A stretch of 64,000 bases of DNA from Eledone cirrhosa. Its lineage: Eukaryota. The position numbers and the translations under genes were made by a program. The notes beneath the pieces were generated by a model. That model saw nothing but the letters and a program-made list of their open reading frames with translations, was not told where the DNA came from and did not search any database. Shown piece after piece: positions 24,231 through 38,337 of this stretch (position 1 is its first letter; the number at the start of each line of letters is the position of its first letter). The stretch lies in assembly GCA_964016885.1 (NCBI GenBank), contig OZ024755.1:41354001-41418000 (forward strand), read 5' to 3'.

Positions 24231-26297
24231 GTAGTCTGTTATGTTTATTGTTATACCGACTTTCACTGAACATTCTAATATATAAATCGAAGTCACCGGA
24301 AAATAATTGTTTCTATATTTATTTATTGATATCTCAATTCTATTATAATATAAGATTAACACCAGTGTTTTATTGTCAGAGATTGTTTGTGTATTGGAAA
24401 TCTTATAAAGAATTAACTTTAAACTTAAATTCTTACAAAGTTATTAATCCTCTTTTCCATTTTTTATATATTTGTATACACCTAACGCATAATTCACTTA
24501 TTACTGTCCTTTTCCTTGTCAATCTATATTTTTATATAATTTATTTTGAGAGCAATACCTTAACATCATCATGAGTGGCCAATTACAGCCAATTTGAACA
24601 GAAAGAGGTGAGAGATTGTTGGCCGGATATGGCTGGTTTAAATGCTGGGTTAATCAGGAACAAAAAAAAAAGCAAATCTAAGACTCAAACTCACAACTTT
24701 CTGATCAGGTGTCCAACAAGCTAACCACTAAAGCCACATTTACAATAATACTTGTAAAATATTAAAATACTGAAGTTTCAGTGTTTGTTAGGAACCTAAA
24801 TAATGTGAACTAGTGAATGTGTGTATAAAATATACAGTTACTCAATGTGTATATTTTATACACATTGTGTAACAATGTGTGTATAAAATATACACATTGA
24901 GTAACAATATGTGACTGAGCATTCCACATTACCTTTAACATAACTCTCAGGGAGATTCGTCCTTTATTTACAGATACAGTCCATCTGATGGGCTTCCAAA
25001 CAGTTTCTGTCTACCAAGGCTATGGTAAAATGGCACTGGAGTTGTACCTCTAATGCTAGGTCACACACTCTCCCTGAGAACAACATTGAGTACATGTGTC
25101 TACGGAATGTTTGTTACTTGCATGTTAATTTCATTAGCAGCTAGAGCAACCATCGTTAGCAACAGAGATCCAACAGGTATCATATATTCCTGCCCACCTA
25201 ACCAACCACTTCCTCTTTGCAGCAGTCTCTGGGGTCTGTAAAAATACCTCTAGATGAGGGAGTCCATCATGACCTCTGGGGCCTGTAAAAATACCTCTAG
25301 ATGAGGGAGTCCATCGTGACCTCTGGGGCCTGTAAAATCAGAAATACCTCTAGAGGAGGGAACCCTATCAAGTGGGGGGTGGCTGTTTCTGACCATTCTC
25401 TGCGGTAACACCTTTACCATTTTGTCCGCAGCTGGAACACTGCTCAGACTGAGTTGTAGTGTCATTCATCCCTTTCCCTGCTTCAGTCACTTTTTCCTTT
25501 CCTTTTTTTCTTCCCATTAAAAGTGTTTTGTATTTGTATAAACAGCTCAGTAAACCAAGTGTTTGTGCTCAACCTAAGGTAAGTTATTTTTTAAAATTTA
25601 GTATATATCTAAAAGCTGTTTGTTTTCATTGTTTCGTTCCAGATTCCAATTCGATAATCGGTTAATAATAGCAGAAGCTACAAAGAATACCAGACTATAT
25701 TTATATTAATAAAAAAAAATCCATGGACTTTATGGTCACGCTGTGTTCATGGTCCATATAGAACTTCACAGCACCTGGCAGAATATTGGCTGTAATATAG
25801 TAGTGACCGTACACATTTGATGGTAATAAACATATCTGTAAATAAAGGGCTTGTCTTTCTTTTATCTGAGAGAAAATCTATGTTGTGTGTGTGTCTGTGT
25901 TTGGGGGCGTCTCACTTATAAAGGCACGAATGTTTTGCTCCAGTCCAGTAAGCTGGTGAAATAAGTTGTACCTGTAATTCTCCCTGAGGACTATGTGAAG
26001 GGTAGGCACCGTTGTGGAATGCTTAGTCACTTGCAGATTAATTTCCTGATTTGATCAAATAACTCAAACACTTAAGTTTCTATGCTTGATGACATCAGTA
26101 ATGTTATTTATATAATGAGGTTAACTTTTCCTTTCATCCTTACGGGGTCGATAAAATAAAGTACCAGTAATGTACTGGGTATTTGCTGGCCTTGTGCCAA
26201 AAGTAGAAATAGTTATTTATATAACGAAAATACATGTAGTTAGCTCAAATTTATAGAAAATGTAATTTCTATACCCTCAATAACTACTCTTTCTATA

Positions 26298-27223
26298 TCT
26301 GTATATATATATAAAATTAAGTATGTGTGTGTGTGTGTCTGTGTATTACCTATAGGGGCCTACATCTTACGACCGATTTTCATGAAACTTTACAGGCTCA
26401 TAGATTAGTCATCGGGGAGTGTTTTCTATATATCAGTGTGTATCGTTTTTTTTTTTTTATTCCGGGGTCATTCTGCAGATAAAAATCGATAGGGGGGGGG
26501 GGGATCACCTTTTTTTTAGGTATCGAAAGATAAGATTTTGGCTCTAGCTCCCACATTTTGCCACCGATTTCGTTCAAATTTTAAAGCAAAATAGAATTTA
26601 TCATTGCACATCCTGAAATGGCTTTATATTTTGCATTTGTTGTTCAGGGACGGTGTGGCAGCCACTTAAATATTCAAAAATACTACTTTAGGACTCAAAT
26701 TTCCACTTTTTCGGCTCTAGCTCCCACATTAATCAACCTACTTTGTTCAAATTTTACACTACACTAGATCTGATTATTTCACGTCTTAAAATGGCTTTAC
26801 ATTTTGGATTTTTTGTTCAGGAAAGGCGTGGCAGTCGCTTAAATATTTGAAAATACCACCTTTTCGGCTCTAGCTTCCACATTTTTCAACCGATTTCGTT
26901 CAAATTCGAAACCTCGGCTCCACTTCACACGTAAATCAATTTATTTGGTTCAACTTTATACTACAATAGAACCTATCATTGCACATCTTATAGTAGCTTT
27001 ACACTCTGCAATTTTTGTTCAGGGACGGCGTAGCAGCTGTTTAACTCTTCAAAATACGATTTTTTCCACCTTCCACATACTCCATACGATTTCAATTAAC
27101 ATTTCGCCATTTGCTACACCTTACGACCGATTTTCAAGAAACTCGCAGTCGCTAAGATCAACACCTGTTCATCAAAGCAGATATTATTTTACCTACCCAG
27201 GCAATGCTGGGTACTACTGCTAG
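26298..27223 (+). mobile_element. Non-autonomous Helitron-like element
   Basis: A|TC 5' end, (GT)n, internal ~160-bp repeats (GGCTCTAGCT at 26540, 26713, 26866), 3' hairpin ACCCAGGCAATGCTGGGT then CTAG|T. Confidence 0.7.
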
Positions 27224-28351
27224 TATATATATATATGTATGTCTTATGGTAGCTAAGATGTGTCCATAATAAGCGGTATGCCAGTTGAGCACTCTATGAA
27301 AGAAAACCTGCTTTGTAACCAACAGACATATCTGAGGAACTTGTGAACCCAGAGTCAGGTCGATCCACCAACAGATCGTACCTCAAGCTGTTCGCCGGAG
27401 ATACATTTGTAATACAATAAATTTAGTTCCGATGCACAACCGATTCTTCGTTTTCCATTTTATATATATATTATATAATCATTTTCCATGCTAGCATGGG
27501 TTGGACAGGCTGACCCTTTGGGAGAGGACTGTTTCGCTCACACACACATTTATATATATATATTAGTTTCCGTCTACACAAATTTCCCTCTCAAGACATT
27601 GGTCAACCTGAGTCTATAGAAGACACTGAAGGTAAGACAGGGTTGTGAAGTGAACTTCTTAACCACACAGCCATTCAAGGTATTTCTTCTTTTCTAAGAT
27701 GTGAATTTAGAGAGATTTAACTGCTGTTTTTAGTATTGTTGAGGTTCTCTTTTTGGCTCAAATGACATGAACCCACACTGGCAGAATTGAGTTTGAGATT
27801 TTATTTAATACGGCAAATTAGTAGAATTTGTAGTGTTTCATTAAATGCTTCCATATGTTTCGGTCTGCCGCGTCCTAGGATCAAATCTTGAGGTCCGTGT
27901 AATTCAAGGTCAATAAATACAGGTTTTAGAGGTCTCTTGACATTCACACCATCAGCTGACTCCAACACACCACGTATTTAAATACATATCTCAAATCTTC
28001 CTTGACATTCAAATATAATTTCAGACTTTTAAAATGTTAAAATTACATTAAAAAACAGAAATATATAATTTTATTAGAGAAAAAAATGGTGAATACAAGA
28101 AATAGAAATACAAAATAAATACTAATAAAATTAAAATGTTTGATTTTTGATTAGTTTTGATTCAATTTGAACTTTTAACCCTTAACATCCACTATTTAGC
28201 AGAAAATATCTAAAAACAGTTTTGTTAATTATTTTTACTATCTTTACCAGTGTGAAAATTTTAAAACTTTAGACTTCAATTAATGTGATATAGTCATAGT
28301 GCTGTTTTGTACTTTACAAGAAAGTCTTGTGTTTTGATGCAGTACGGAACA

Positions 28352-28543
28352 TTAACCCTTTAACATTTACTATTATATTTCCATAATTATCTCACATAAT
28401 ATCGAATCTATGAGATGTTGATATTATTTATTTTGAGAACAATACCTAAACATAAGTATGAGTGGATGGTTACAGCCAGTTTGAACAGAAAGAGGTGAGA
28501 GAATTTTGGCCGTATATGGCCGGTTTAAATGTTAAAGGGTTAA
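28352..28543 (+). mobile_element. piggyBac-like MITE (TTAA-CCCTTTAACATTTA...TAAATGTTAAAGGG-TTAA), uninterrupted copy
   Basis: TIRs with TTAA on both sides; family copies at ~24540, 32958, 34887(-), 35832, 38207, 42927. Confidence 0.75.
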
Positions 28544-31500
28544 TAGAATGGGGGAGGGGATGGAAGAATTAAGTTAAACTAATGAGGAAGTGTTAAAGAT
28601 CTTCTCAATTAGACCTGACATGTGCTAAACTACAAAACTTCAACCTGTCTGGTCTCATGTTAGCAATTTGTTACAAAGCTAAAAAAGCCAAACTCGTGAA
28701 CCGTCAATGTGAAAAATAATAAAACATTAGCTGCACTCCGAGAACTTAAAAATCTACTAAAACATCTTCCAGAGAGAAAACTGGTATTATCTAGTCTAAA
28801 GTCTGTCTTAAGCCATTTAAGGCTCGTTAGGCTGATGCTTATCCTGGTTTCATGGTGTGAAGCGACTGCGTGTACAAGACTCCCCCAGAACAAGACACCA
28901 GTCCATCGCAGGGTTAAACCCCCAGCTATTACTGGTACTCATTTTTAGCTGAGTATACTGGAGCAATGAAGTGTTTTGCTCAAGACCACAACACGCAACC
29001 AGCCAGCCCAGGAATTGAACTCACAACATTATGACCGTAAGTCTGACACCCTTACCACTAGGTACTTTCTGCAAGTTGTAGTTCTTGGCATATGGTGAGA
29101 TTTGAACTCAGTTTGTGGTGCCTCTCTACATTCTATTTTGACAATCCTCAGCACATAACTGGTACTTTATCAACAGTGAAAGGATAAAGAAAGAACTGGG
29201 ACCAACACCGATGCTCCAACAACTACCAATTCCAAATAATCATTATTTGCATGTTGCTATTCCTTGCATGTTCTTACCAAATAGAATGGCCAGCCATTGG
29301 TTTCAACGGTCAGTGTTCCAGTAGTTTGACCAACAGGACCACCTAGTCCTGAAATTAACGTGTAAGTGGCTGAACATTTCACTAACACGTGTACCTTCAA
29401 CATATTCTCAGGGAGATTCAGCATAACACTGTGACAAGGCTGGACCTCTGAACTACAAGTAGTCTATCATAACATAGTTCTCAGGGAGATTCAGCATGAC
29501 ACTGCGTGTGACAAGGATGCTTCTTGAATTAAATGGGCTTCCAAACAGTTTGTGTCTACCAAGTTCCACTCAGAAGACAAAGGTCAACCCAAAGCTTTGG
29601 TAAATTTCCAAAGAAACCACACATTGGAATTGAACCTGGGACCTAAGGATTACAAAGTAAACACCTTAACCATTCAACAATACTACAGACACCAATTGCC
29701 ATCATAACATGGCTGATAATTTATCAACATCAAAATATAGAACACAACGGGTCAAAGATCCTAGGTAACATATTTAGTTTAACACCACCACTGTCTGACC
29801 CTTGCGTGCCTTTAGTAAGGTTTGGGCAAGTACTCTGGTTTAAAAGATGTCTTCCCTTCCACTCACCAGTCCCAGGAGATATTCTGACCCGAGTCACATA
29901 TATGCTGCCCTTCTGTCCACCAATCTCAAGTAAATGCCCCTTAACTCTTGATGAAGTCACAGGGTATTTAGAACCTGAAGCCCATCTTCAGGTCTGAACT
30001 CAGTCAATTTCTTCTAGAGAAAGAATCAACCCCAGTACTGGAATTAGGACTTTATCAACCTCAAAAGGATGAAAAACCAAGTTGACCATGGCAGAATTTG
30101 AACTGTGCACAGTGAGCCGAAACAAACACTAAGTCTTACGGGACCTTCAAAAAGGTCATACAGAAGTTGCCCTTACGGGATCTTGAAAAGGGTCATTGAT
30201 GCTGCTCTTCTACCTAGCAGTCTCAGAGGACCCCGAGAAGAGTCATATAGATGCTGCCCTACCTCCTCAGAAAGCTATAAAATATATATAGAGAGAGAGA
30301 TTTTAATACTGCAACAACACAATCTGGCTCTACCAGTTTCTAATTTAAGTACAAAACCCAGCAATTTTGGTGGGAGAGGCAAGTCAATTATCTCAACCTT
30401 CGTACTAGATTGGTACTCTATATTATTGACCTTGGAATGACTTCAGCTGGATTCGAACACAAGAAAGAAGAAAACCCCACAAGGAATGACTGCCAATTAA
30501 CTAGTCTTCTTCTAATAATAAACATAACAATGATTTCTTACATAGACATAAGAATGTAGTAGCGGTCATGCCTCTCCCTAACACATGGTCGGAAATTTGA
30601 AAGGAGGTAGTTAGTCAATTAAAGCTACCCTGATACTCAACAGACAAAGCTGAGCTCAGCTGGTTGGAACAAGCACAAACATTTTGTCCTAGGACTAACA
30701 ATTCTGCCATCCTCTAATGATGATATCTTATTCAGGCTAAAGGCCCTCTTTTGGGGCAGTGTGGAGGTATTTATATGAATCCCAGTACTTATTTCATCAA
30801 CACACAGAATGTTGAAAGGAAAAGTTGATAATGACAGGATTCAAACCTATTAGAAATTATACGCATTTAAAAAAAAAAGTAGAAAATATGTTTTTATCCT
30901 TAGCTGAGAAGGAATTTAACCCTTTTCATACCAAACCAACTGGAACTGCCCCTCATTTTATGCTACTAAATTGTATATTTATCTAAACCCCTTTAATCAT
31001 AATCTTCTTTAAGAACCTTTGTTGTTACAAACACTAGCTTAATCTTTGGCGCACTAGTAATTTGTATGAGTTGTCTCCCTTGACAATGCGTTATCTATTA
31101 AAGGGAGATTACTCTATGTTGCATTTTGTCGACTCCAGCGCTCTAAATGGAAAAAATGATTTACTAAATCCCTTGCAATTCCTGATCACTTATGCTCATC
31201 ATCAGCAGCAGCTCAATAATTGTTTCTACTTTAGGCACAAGGCCAGCAATTACCAGTGCATTACTGGTACTTTATTTTATCGACCCCGTAAGGATGAAAG
31301 GCAAAGTCAACCTCGGCGGGATTTGAACTCAGATGGTAAAGGGACGTATAATGAAAGATTGTTATATTCCTAAATCACTCAAAATTCTTTAATTTCAAAT
31401 TTACTTGAAAATCTTGGGCAGTGTCTTTAATTAGAAAAGAAATGGTAACAAAAGGTTTTCTATGTTACCCCCCACCCCAATAACCAAGGATTTTTAAAAA

Positions 31501-31849
31501 TAGATAAAAATAATATTGAAATAAAGTTGTTCTGACATTTATAGATTTAATATCTGAAATTGTTGTTTACTTGGTCTTTGGTGTTAAGAATCTTGAGATA
31601 GGAAAAAAAAAAGAAAATAGTGCGATGAAGAAATGTCACCACCATCATCATCATCATCATCACCGCTTTATGCCTATTTTCCATACTTGCATGGATGAGA
31701 CGGGTTATGAATAAATAAATAAGAGAGAAGTATTTCTGTTCATGTTTGGAACGACAACTGTGGAATATGAGATGAGCAATGGATAGATTAGATGATCCAT
31801 GTGACGATGACTTGGTGAGTGTTCAATGGATGAATGTAGAGATGAGAGG

Positions 31850-31992
31850 GAGACATCTGTTGAGAGAGACATCTGTTGAGAGAGACATCTGTTGAGAGAG
31901 ACATCTGTTGAGAGAGACATCTGTTGAGAGACAGGCATCTGTTGAGAGAGACATCTGTTGAGAGAGACATCTGTTGAGAGACAGGCATCTGT
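31850..31992. repeat. 16-bp tandem repeat (AGACATCTGTTGAGAG) ~8 copies in putative Nup210 3' UTR
   Basis: Direct reading; two 20-bp variants. Confidence 0.9.
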
Positions 31993-32038
31993 TCCATTGA
32001 AGCAAAGTATTGAACGCTGTTTTTGGTGGCTTAAAAGA

Positions 32039-32112
32039 TTAATTTTCGACGGACCAGAGGGCAGGGTGAATTACATTTTGTCTTGAACGAAGTGGAAGGT
32101 GGTAAGGACTGC
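32039..32112 (-). CDS. NUP210: Nuclear pore membrane glycoprotein 210, terminal coding exon
   Basis: TTGCAG acceptor; (G)SPYHLPLRSRQNVIHPALWSVEN*; LWS matches the vertebrate gp210 C-terminal LWSP; phase 1 consistent. Confidence 0.8.
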
Positions 32113-32639
32113 CTGCAATTAGAAAATAAATAGAAATACTGTCATACAAAGTGTTGGTGTTGTGTTATGTGGGAATGTGTGTGTGTCATCATCATCATCA
32201 TTTCATTTTACGTCCACTTTTCCCTGCTTTGGAGGGACGGGAACGATTCTGGCTTGATTTCTACAGCTGGATGCCCTTCCTAACACCAACCTCATTTACA
32301 GTGAGTGCTGGGTGCTTTTTTGCCGTGGCACCTCCACGACCACTTTGCAGTGGAACGATAGGGACCCCAGTCCCTATCATCTCATTTCTACAGCTGAGTA
32401 AACTGGAGCAATGTGAAATAAAGTGTCTTGCTCAAGGAAACAACACATCACCTGGTCTGAGAATTGAACTCTACAAACTTTCGATTGCAAGGCCAATGCT
32501 CTAACCACTAAGCCATGTGCCTCCATGTGTGTGATATATATTTTCCTCTTCAATTCAAAGCAACTACCTAAACATGTCTACCGTCTTCTAGTTTCCAGCA
32601 GATTCTAATAATTACTATTTCTTCAGTCTCAGAACTTAC

Positions 32640-32834
32640 CTGAAGAATTAAAAGACCTACTATATGGAGGAGTTGTATTTCTAATAATTCGTGGAGTTTC
32701 TTCAGGATAACGGTTTCTCTGTACTTCTTTTGGTGTTAAAATAGTTGAAAGTGGAGAACTGTTCTTGTACTGATGCTGCAAGAAGACATCATGCCTGTCA
32801 CCCACTCTCTGGGCTCCATACCGGATTTGATAAG
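32640..32834 (-). CDS. NUP210: Nup210 exon, cytoplasmic tail
   Basis: TTCAG / GTAAGT; (A)YQIRYGAQRVGDRHDVFLQHQYKNSSPLSTILTPKE...TTPPYSRSFNSS; phase 1-1. Confidence 0.82.
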
Positions 32835-33657
32835 CTGAAGATATAAAATAACCATAAATTATTCTCATGTTCTACACAAACATTTCTCTGGCACAAATTT
32901 CCCAGGAATGAATACAGTAAAATAAATTGACTCCACACTTGACCACTGCTTATTTTAAACCCTTTTACCATCTACATTACTCTATATATACTATTGTATT
33001 TTCACAGTAAATAATATCACATAATAATATTACATAATATCGAATCTAAGAGATTTTAATAATATTTATTTTAAGAACAATACCTTAACATCAGTATGAG
33101 CAGCCGGTTACAGCTGGTTTGAACAGAAAGAGGTGAGAGAATTCTGACCGGATACAGCCAGTTTAAATGCTAAAGGGTTAAACCAATTTTTAAGGGTTCG
33201 ATGGATCCACTGTCAGCTTCGACAATGAACACTCAACCAGTCCAGCCAACGTATTAACCCTTTTGTTACCATATTTCAGTGCCTATAATTTTAAAATGTG
33301 GAGTGATTATTTAGTAATGTAACTATCTCCTTATTAAGCTACTACAACTTAAAGGATGGAAGTTTTTAGATACAAATAGTTTGGTACCATAGGTCCAAGG
33401 ACAATTTCAGGCAGTTTGGTACCATAGGTCCAAGGACAATTTCAGGCAGTTTGAAACCATAAAACCAGGGGCAGTTTGGTATCAAACAGGTTAAAGATGG
33501 TAACGGCATAATTTGAGGAGATTCCACTGTTATTTTGAACAGATCAAGCATCCATATAGAGGCCTCACCACAGTAATTCAGAATTGTTAGCAATAGATGG
33601 AAGTAAATCAGACAAAACTAAACATAAATGGTAAACAATGGTAAAAGTGATAAATAC

Positions 33658-33762
33658 CTAGAGCCAGAATTAAAAAGAATGCAGTTATAAAGAGTAAAAT
33701 AAGAAACCAGAAGGCCTGACTAGTCGTAACATCTGTGAAGGATCGGTCTTTACTTTTGGTAT
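33658..33762 (-). CDS. NUP210: Nup210 exon, transmembrane helix
   Basis: TTTTCCAG / GTATTT; (D)TKSKDRSFTDVTTSQAFWFLILLFITAFFLILAL; phase 1-1; not in the ORF track. Confidence 0.85.
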
Positions 33763-33860
33763 CTGGAAAATAGTAAAATGAAAATAATTACCAAAAATGT
33801 CTAAATGGAATAAAAAAAAAAATTAAAAAAATCCATTTGGAACATCCATTTTCACAGGAA

Positions 33861-34765
33861 ACTACCAAATATACTGGAATATAGGCTGAGGAACATGTCA
33901 CCAAATATACTGGAATATAAACTGAGGAATATGTCACCAAATATACTGGAATATAAAGTGAGGAACATGTCACCAAATATACTGGAATATAAAGTGAGGA
34001 ACATGTCACCAAATATATCGGAATATAAAGTGAGGAATATGTCACCAAATATATCGGAATATAAAGTGAGGAATATGTCACCAAATATATCGGAATATAA
34101 AGTGAGGAATATGTCACCAAATATATCGGAATATAAAGTGAGGAATATGTCACCAAATATACTGGAATATAAAGTGAGGAATATGTCACCAAATATACTG
34201 GAATATAAGGTAAGGAACATGTCACCAAATATATCGGAATATAAAATAAGGAACATGTCACCAAATATACTGGAATATAAAGTAAGGAACATGTCACCAA
34301 ATATACTGCATTATAAAGTGAGGAACATGTCCCCAAATATACTGGAATATAAAGAGAGGAACATGTCACCAAATATACTGGAATATAAAGTGAGGAACAT
34401 GTCACCAAATATACTGGAATATAAAGTGAGGAATATGTCACCAAATATACTGGAATATAAGGTAAGGAACATGTCACCAAATATATCGGAATATAAAATA
34501 AGGAACATGTCACCAAATATACTGGAATATAAAGAGAGGAACATGTCACCAAATATACTGGAATATAAAGAGAGGAACATGTCACCAAATATACTGGAAT
34601 ATAAAGTGAGGAATATGTCACCAAATATACTGGAATATAAACTGAGGAACATGTCACCAAATATACTGGAATATAAACTGAGGAACATGTCACCAAATAT
34701 ACTGGAATATAAACTGAGGAATATGTCACCAAATATACCGGAATATAAAGTAAAGAATGTCACCA
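33861..34765. repeat. 36-bp minisatellite (GAGGAACATGTCACCAAATATACTGGAATATAAAGT) ~25 copies
   Basis: Direct reading; 12-aa periodic ORFs. Confidence 0.95.
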
Positions 34766-35854
34766 AAAGACTGATGGTCAAATAGAAGGTTGGCCATCTA
34801 AACGTAGTTTGGATTTTCCCCTATTTCCCAGGCATAAAATAGGGAGGGGCTGAGACTTATATTCAAGTATATACAGTAATACAACTTAACCCTTTACTAT
34901 TTAAACCGGCCAGAATTCTCTCACCTCATTCTATTCAAACCAGCCGTAACTGGCCACTCATACTGATGTTAAGGTATTGTTCTCAAAACAAATATCAAAA
35001 TCTCAGATTCAATATTTTGTGAAATAATTATGCAAGGTAAAGCCCTTACCATGAAAATACAATAGTATATATAGAGTAATCACATGATCATCGTTTAACG
35101 TCTATCTTCCACGCTAGCATGGGTTTAGACGGGTGTAAATGGTAAAGGGTTAATCATTATCATTTTTACAGCCACTTCCCATGTTGGCATGGGATGTCCT
35201 GAGTCCATGCCCTTCCTCATGCCAACTCTTACAACATGTAAGGATTCAGTGGAACTATTCTAAAAACTAGAATGTGGGGACAATAAGTCAGAAACATGTG
35301 GGCCCTAAACCAACATTACCCCCTACACACCACCACCAATGTGAGGAGTGGACCCTAAACCCACATTAACACCCCCCCCCCCCACACACACGCCAATATG
35401 AGGAGTCAGCAACATGTGGACCCTAAACCCACATTAAGCCCCACCACCACCAATGTGATGAGTCAGCAACATGTGGGCCCTAAACGCACATTAACCCCTA
35501 CACATCACCACCAATGTGAGGAGTGGACCCTAAACCCACATACAGTCCTATACGAGCAAGGCACAGTCACCCGATCAATCTTGCCTCAAGTGGGACAAAA
35601 CTCTCTAACCCATGCTAGCATGGATGATAGACATTAAACGATAATGATGATGATGATGATGATAAGCCAATCAACCCTATTTTATACATGAAAAATGGGC
35701 AAAAATCCAAACCCCGTTTATAAACCAAGGCAGGTAATCAATATATTATGTGTCGTTGGTAAACATAAGCTGACCGTCCCCTCCCAATTTTACCATTGTT
35801 TTGGCCACATTCCTTCGCTTATATTCAAGTGTATCCCTTTAGCATTTACATTAC

Positions 35855-36299
35855 GACGATTATATGATGTCTGTGTGAGGAGCGCGATGCTGCATGGTAA
35901 TGAGACATGGGCAGCAACTGCGGAGGATATGCGACAGCTGGAGAGAAATGAAGCAAGTATGCTCTGTTGGATGTGCAATGTCAATGTGCGTGAACGACCA
36001 AGCATAGATGAGTTGAGAAAGAAACTGGGTATAAGAGGGATAAGTTGTGGTGTGCAGGAGAGAAGGCTGAGATGGTATGGACATGGAGGATGACCGCTGG
36101 GTAAAGAAGTGCCAAGAAATCCCAGTAGAAGGAAGACGCAGTAGAGGAAGACCTCGAAAAACATGGGCAGAGGTGGTGAGAGCAGACCTCAGATCGCTGA
36201 AACTCACGGAGGAGATGACAAAGGACCGTGACAGGTGGATAGATGCTGTGCTGAATAGGAGCCGTCCCACCCTTGCAAGCAGGGAAGAGCGGACGTAAA

Positions 36300-36330
<31 letters not shown>
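35855..36330 (+). mobile_element. RTE 3' fragment with (GAT)n tail inserted in a MITE
   Basis: RSAMLHGNETW..RRLRWYGH..GRPRKTW; MITE halves at 35832-35854 and 36331-36523. Confidence 0.85.
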
Positions 36331-36332
<2 letters not shown>

Positions 36333-36622
36333 GTATATACTATTGTATTTTTGTGGTAAAGGTTTTATCTCATATAATATCAAATCTATGACATTCTGAT
36401 GTTATTTATTTTGAGAACAATACCTTAACATCAGTATGAGTGGCCAGTTATGGCCAGTTTGAACAGAAAGAGGTGAGAGAATTCTGGCGCTGGATGTGGC
36501 CGGTTTAAATGCTAAAGGGTTATAGGGTAATTCTTCTGTCTGGAGACTAATGGACTATGTACCAATTTATCAGGAGTAATAAAAATATTGTATATTAAAT
36601 GAGCAAAGCCCTAAATACATAC

Positions 36623-36839
36623 CTGAAACAACTTGTTTGTTGTCAATCAATTTAATATAGACTGGAATGTGGACATGTTGACTGGTGAGGGAACAAGAAA
36701 AGTCTAAATAGAGATCGGTGCGGAGACGTTCCCATACAGTGCTTACATCACGTAGACGTACGAGGTAGACTATAGCAGATGTACTTGTATCAGCCTGAGC
36801 TGGCAGGATTTCCAGAAAAGAAGGGTCACTGGCAGTCAC
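36623..36839 (-). CDS. NUP210: Nup210 exon
   Basis: TTTTGTAG / GTATGT; VTASDPSFLEIL...DFSCSLTSQHVHIPVYIKL resembles gp210 VKSGSPAVL...TFSSPVTNQAIAIPV; phase 0-1. Confidence 0.85.
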
Positions 36840-37845
36840 CTACAAAACAGTTTATATTGTTTATTATTACATCAACCAGGGTGAATTGTTGGCGGAATCA
36901 GTAGAGCGTCAGATAGACTACATGGTGTCATTTGTTCTGAGTTCAAATCCGGTAGAGGTCAACTTTACCTTTCATTCTTACAGGGGTCGATAAAATAAAG
37001 TACCAGTAATGTACTGGGGTGAATTGACTTTCTCCTATAATGAAGAATGTAAGTCGTTAGATCAGAAGGCATTAAATAGACAAACTCCATTACAAGTATG
37101 TACTTCATTTATTCTTGCTTCACACTGTGAAACTCATTTTGCCTGTATTTCCTTCCATGTGTGAGATACGACAGGATATGGCGTAACGAAGAATCGACGT
37201 TTTGACGATAGCAGATTTTTCTGGAGACTGGTCTTCTGTCTTAACTTCCGTTCTCTGGTCTAAGTAGTCCAGTTACTTGTATCGCTACGCCAAAGGTTTT
37301 GATTGGCTCACACTTCAGCCGATTTACTTCCGTAACATTTTTCTTCCACCGAAAGAAAATACATTTAATTACAAAGGATATATATTACTGCTACACTTCT
37401 TCCCTCAAATTGCTGGTACCTAAATCAGAAACAATTATTACCTCAACTTTATCTTTCAAACAGACCAAGAAATTATCCAAAAGAATGGAATGAGAACTTT
37501 TAGGATATTTTATATGTATTTGGTTTTTAACTTAACATCCTGTAAGACTAACGAGGTAATGCTACATTACACCAGGTAATGTTACATTACACCAGGTACA
37601 TCACACTAACGAGGTATTGTTACATTACACCAGGCTAATGAAGGTACAATGTTAAGAGTAAATAGAAGTTATAAAAGTAGTTTCCAATTTAGACAAGGCC
37701 AGCAATTTTGAGATGGAAAAGTCGATTATAGCAACCCCAGTACATAACTGGTACTTTATTTCACACATATATATACACATCATGATGATAATGAAACAAA
37801 GAAAAACATCAAAAGTTTGGTTATAAATAAAAAGAAAGAACTTAC

Positions 37846-38096
37846 TAAAATATGTTCAAAGAGGGTTGGAATGGTTGAGAGTCTTAGAGTTGACTGTGGG
37901 TTGGTGGTAGAGAGATAAAGTTCAAGTGAATGAATATGGAATCCTGGGTAGAATGGTAACGTGACTGGCTGGGCAGGTATTATAGGTTGGTTCTCCTCAT
38001 TTGGTATAGTGGCATGGACAATAACATTACTCATTAGAGTACTTAAAGACAGGCCCAGATTTTTACTTTCTACAGACACTTTACACACAAAGTTGC
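37846..38096 (-). CDS. NUP210: Nup210 exon
   Basis: TATAG / GTAAGT; (G)NFVCKV...LPFYPGFHIHSLELYLS...FEHIL resembles gp210 GQYFCSI...VPFSPGLFADQAEILLS; phase 1-0. Confidence 0.87.
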
Positions 38097-38337
38097 CTAT
38101 AATAGAAGACAATACAAATATAATAGATATATTTCATAACATATATCAATACATATACTATTTCAGAGTAGGGTGGAGAATTGGCAGAGTTATTATGGTG
38201 TTGATTTAACCCTTTAACATTTACATTTCTCTATATATACTATTGTATTTTCATGGTAAAGTCTTTACCTTGCATAACATTTACATTACTCTATATATAC
38301 TATTGTATTTTCGTGGTAAAGGCTTTACCTCACATAA

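Noticed and set aside
24248-31400. Short ORFs as host genes
   Set aside because: No recognizable domains or phase-consistent exon chain; the region is mostly decayed SINE, MITE and Helitron sequence.
33861-34765. 36-bp repeats (and the 30-bp array) as a CRISPR array
   Set aside because: Head-to-tail units with no unique spacers, no cas genes, eukaryotic intron context.
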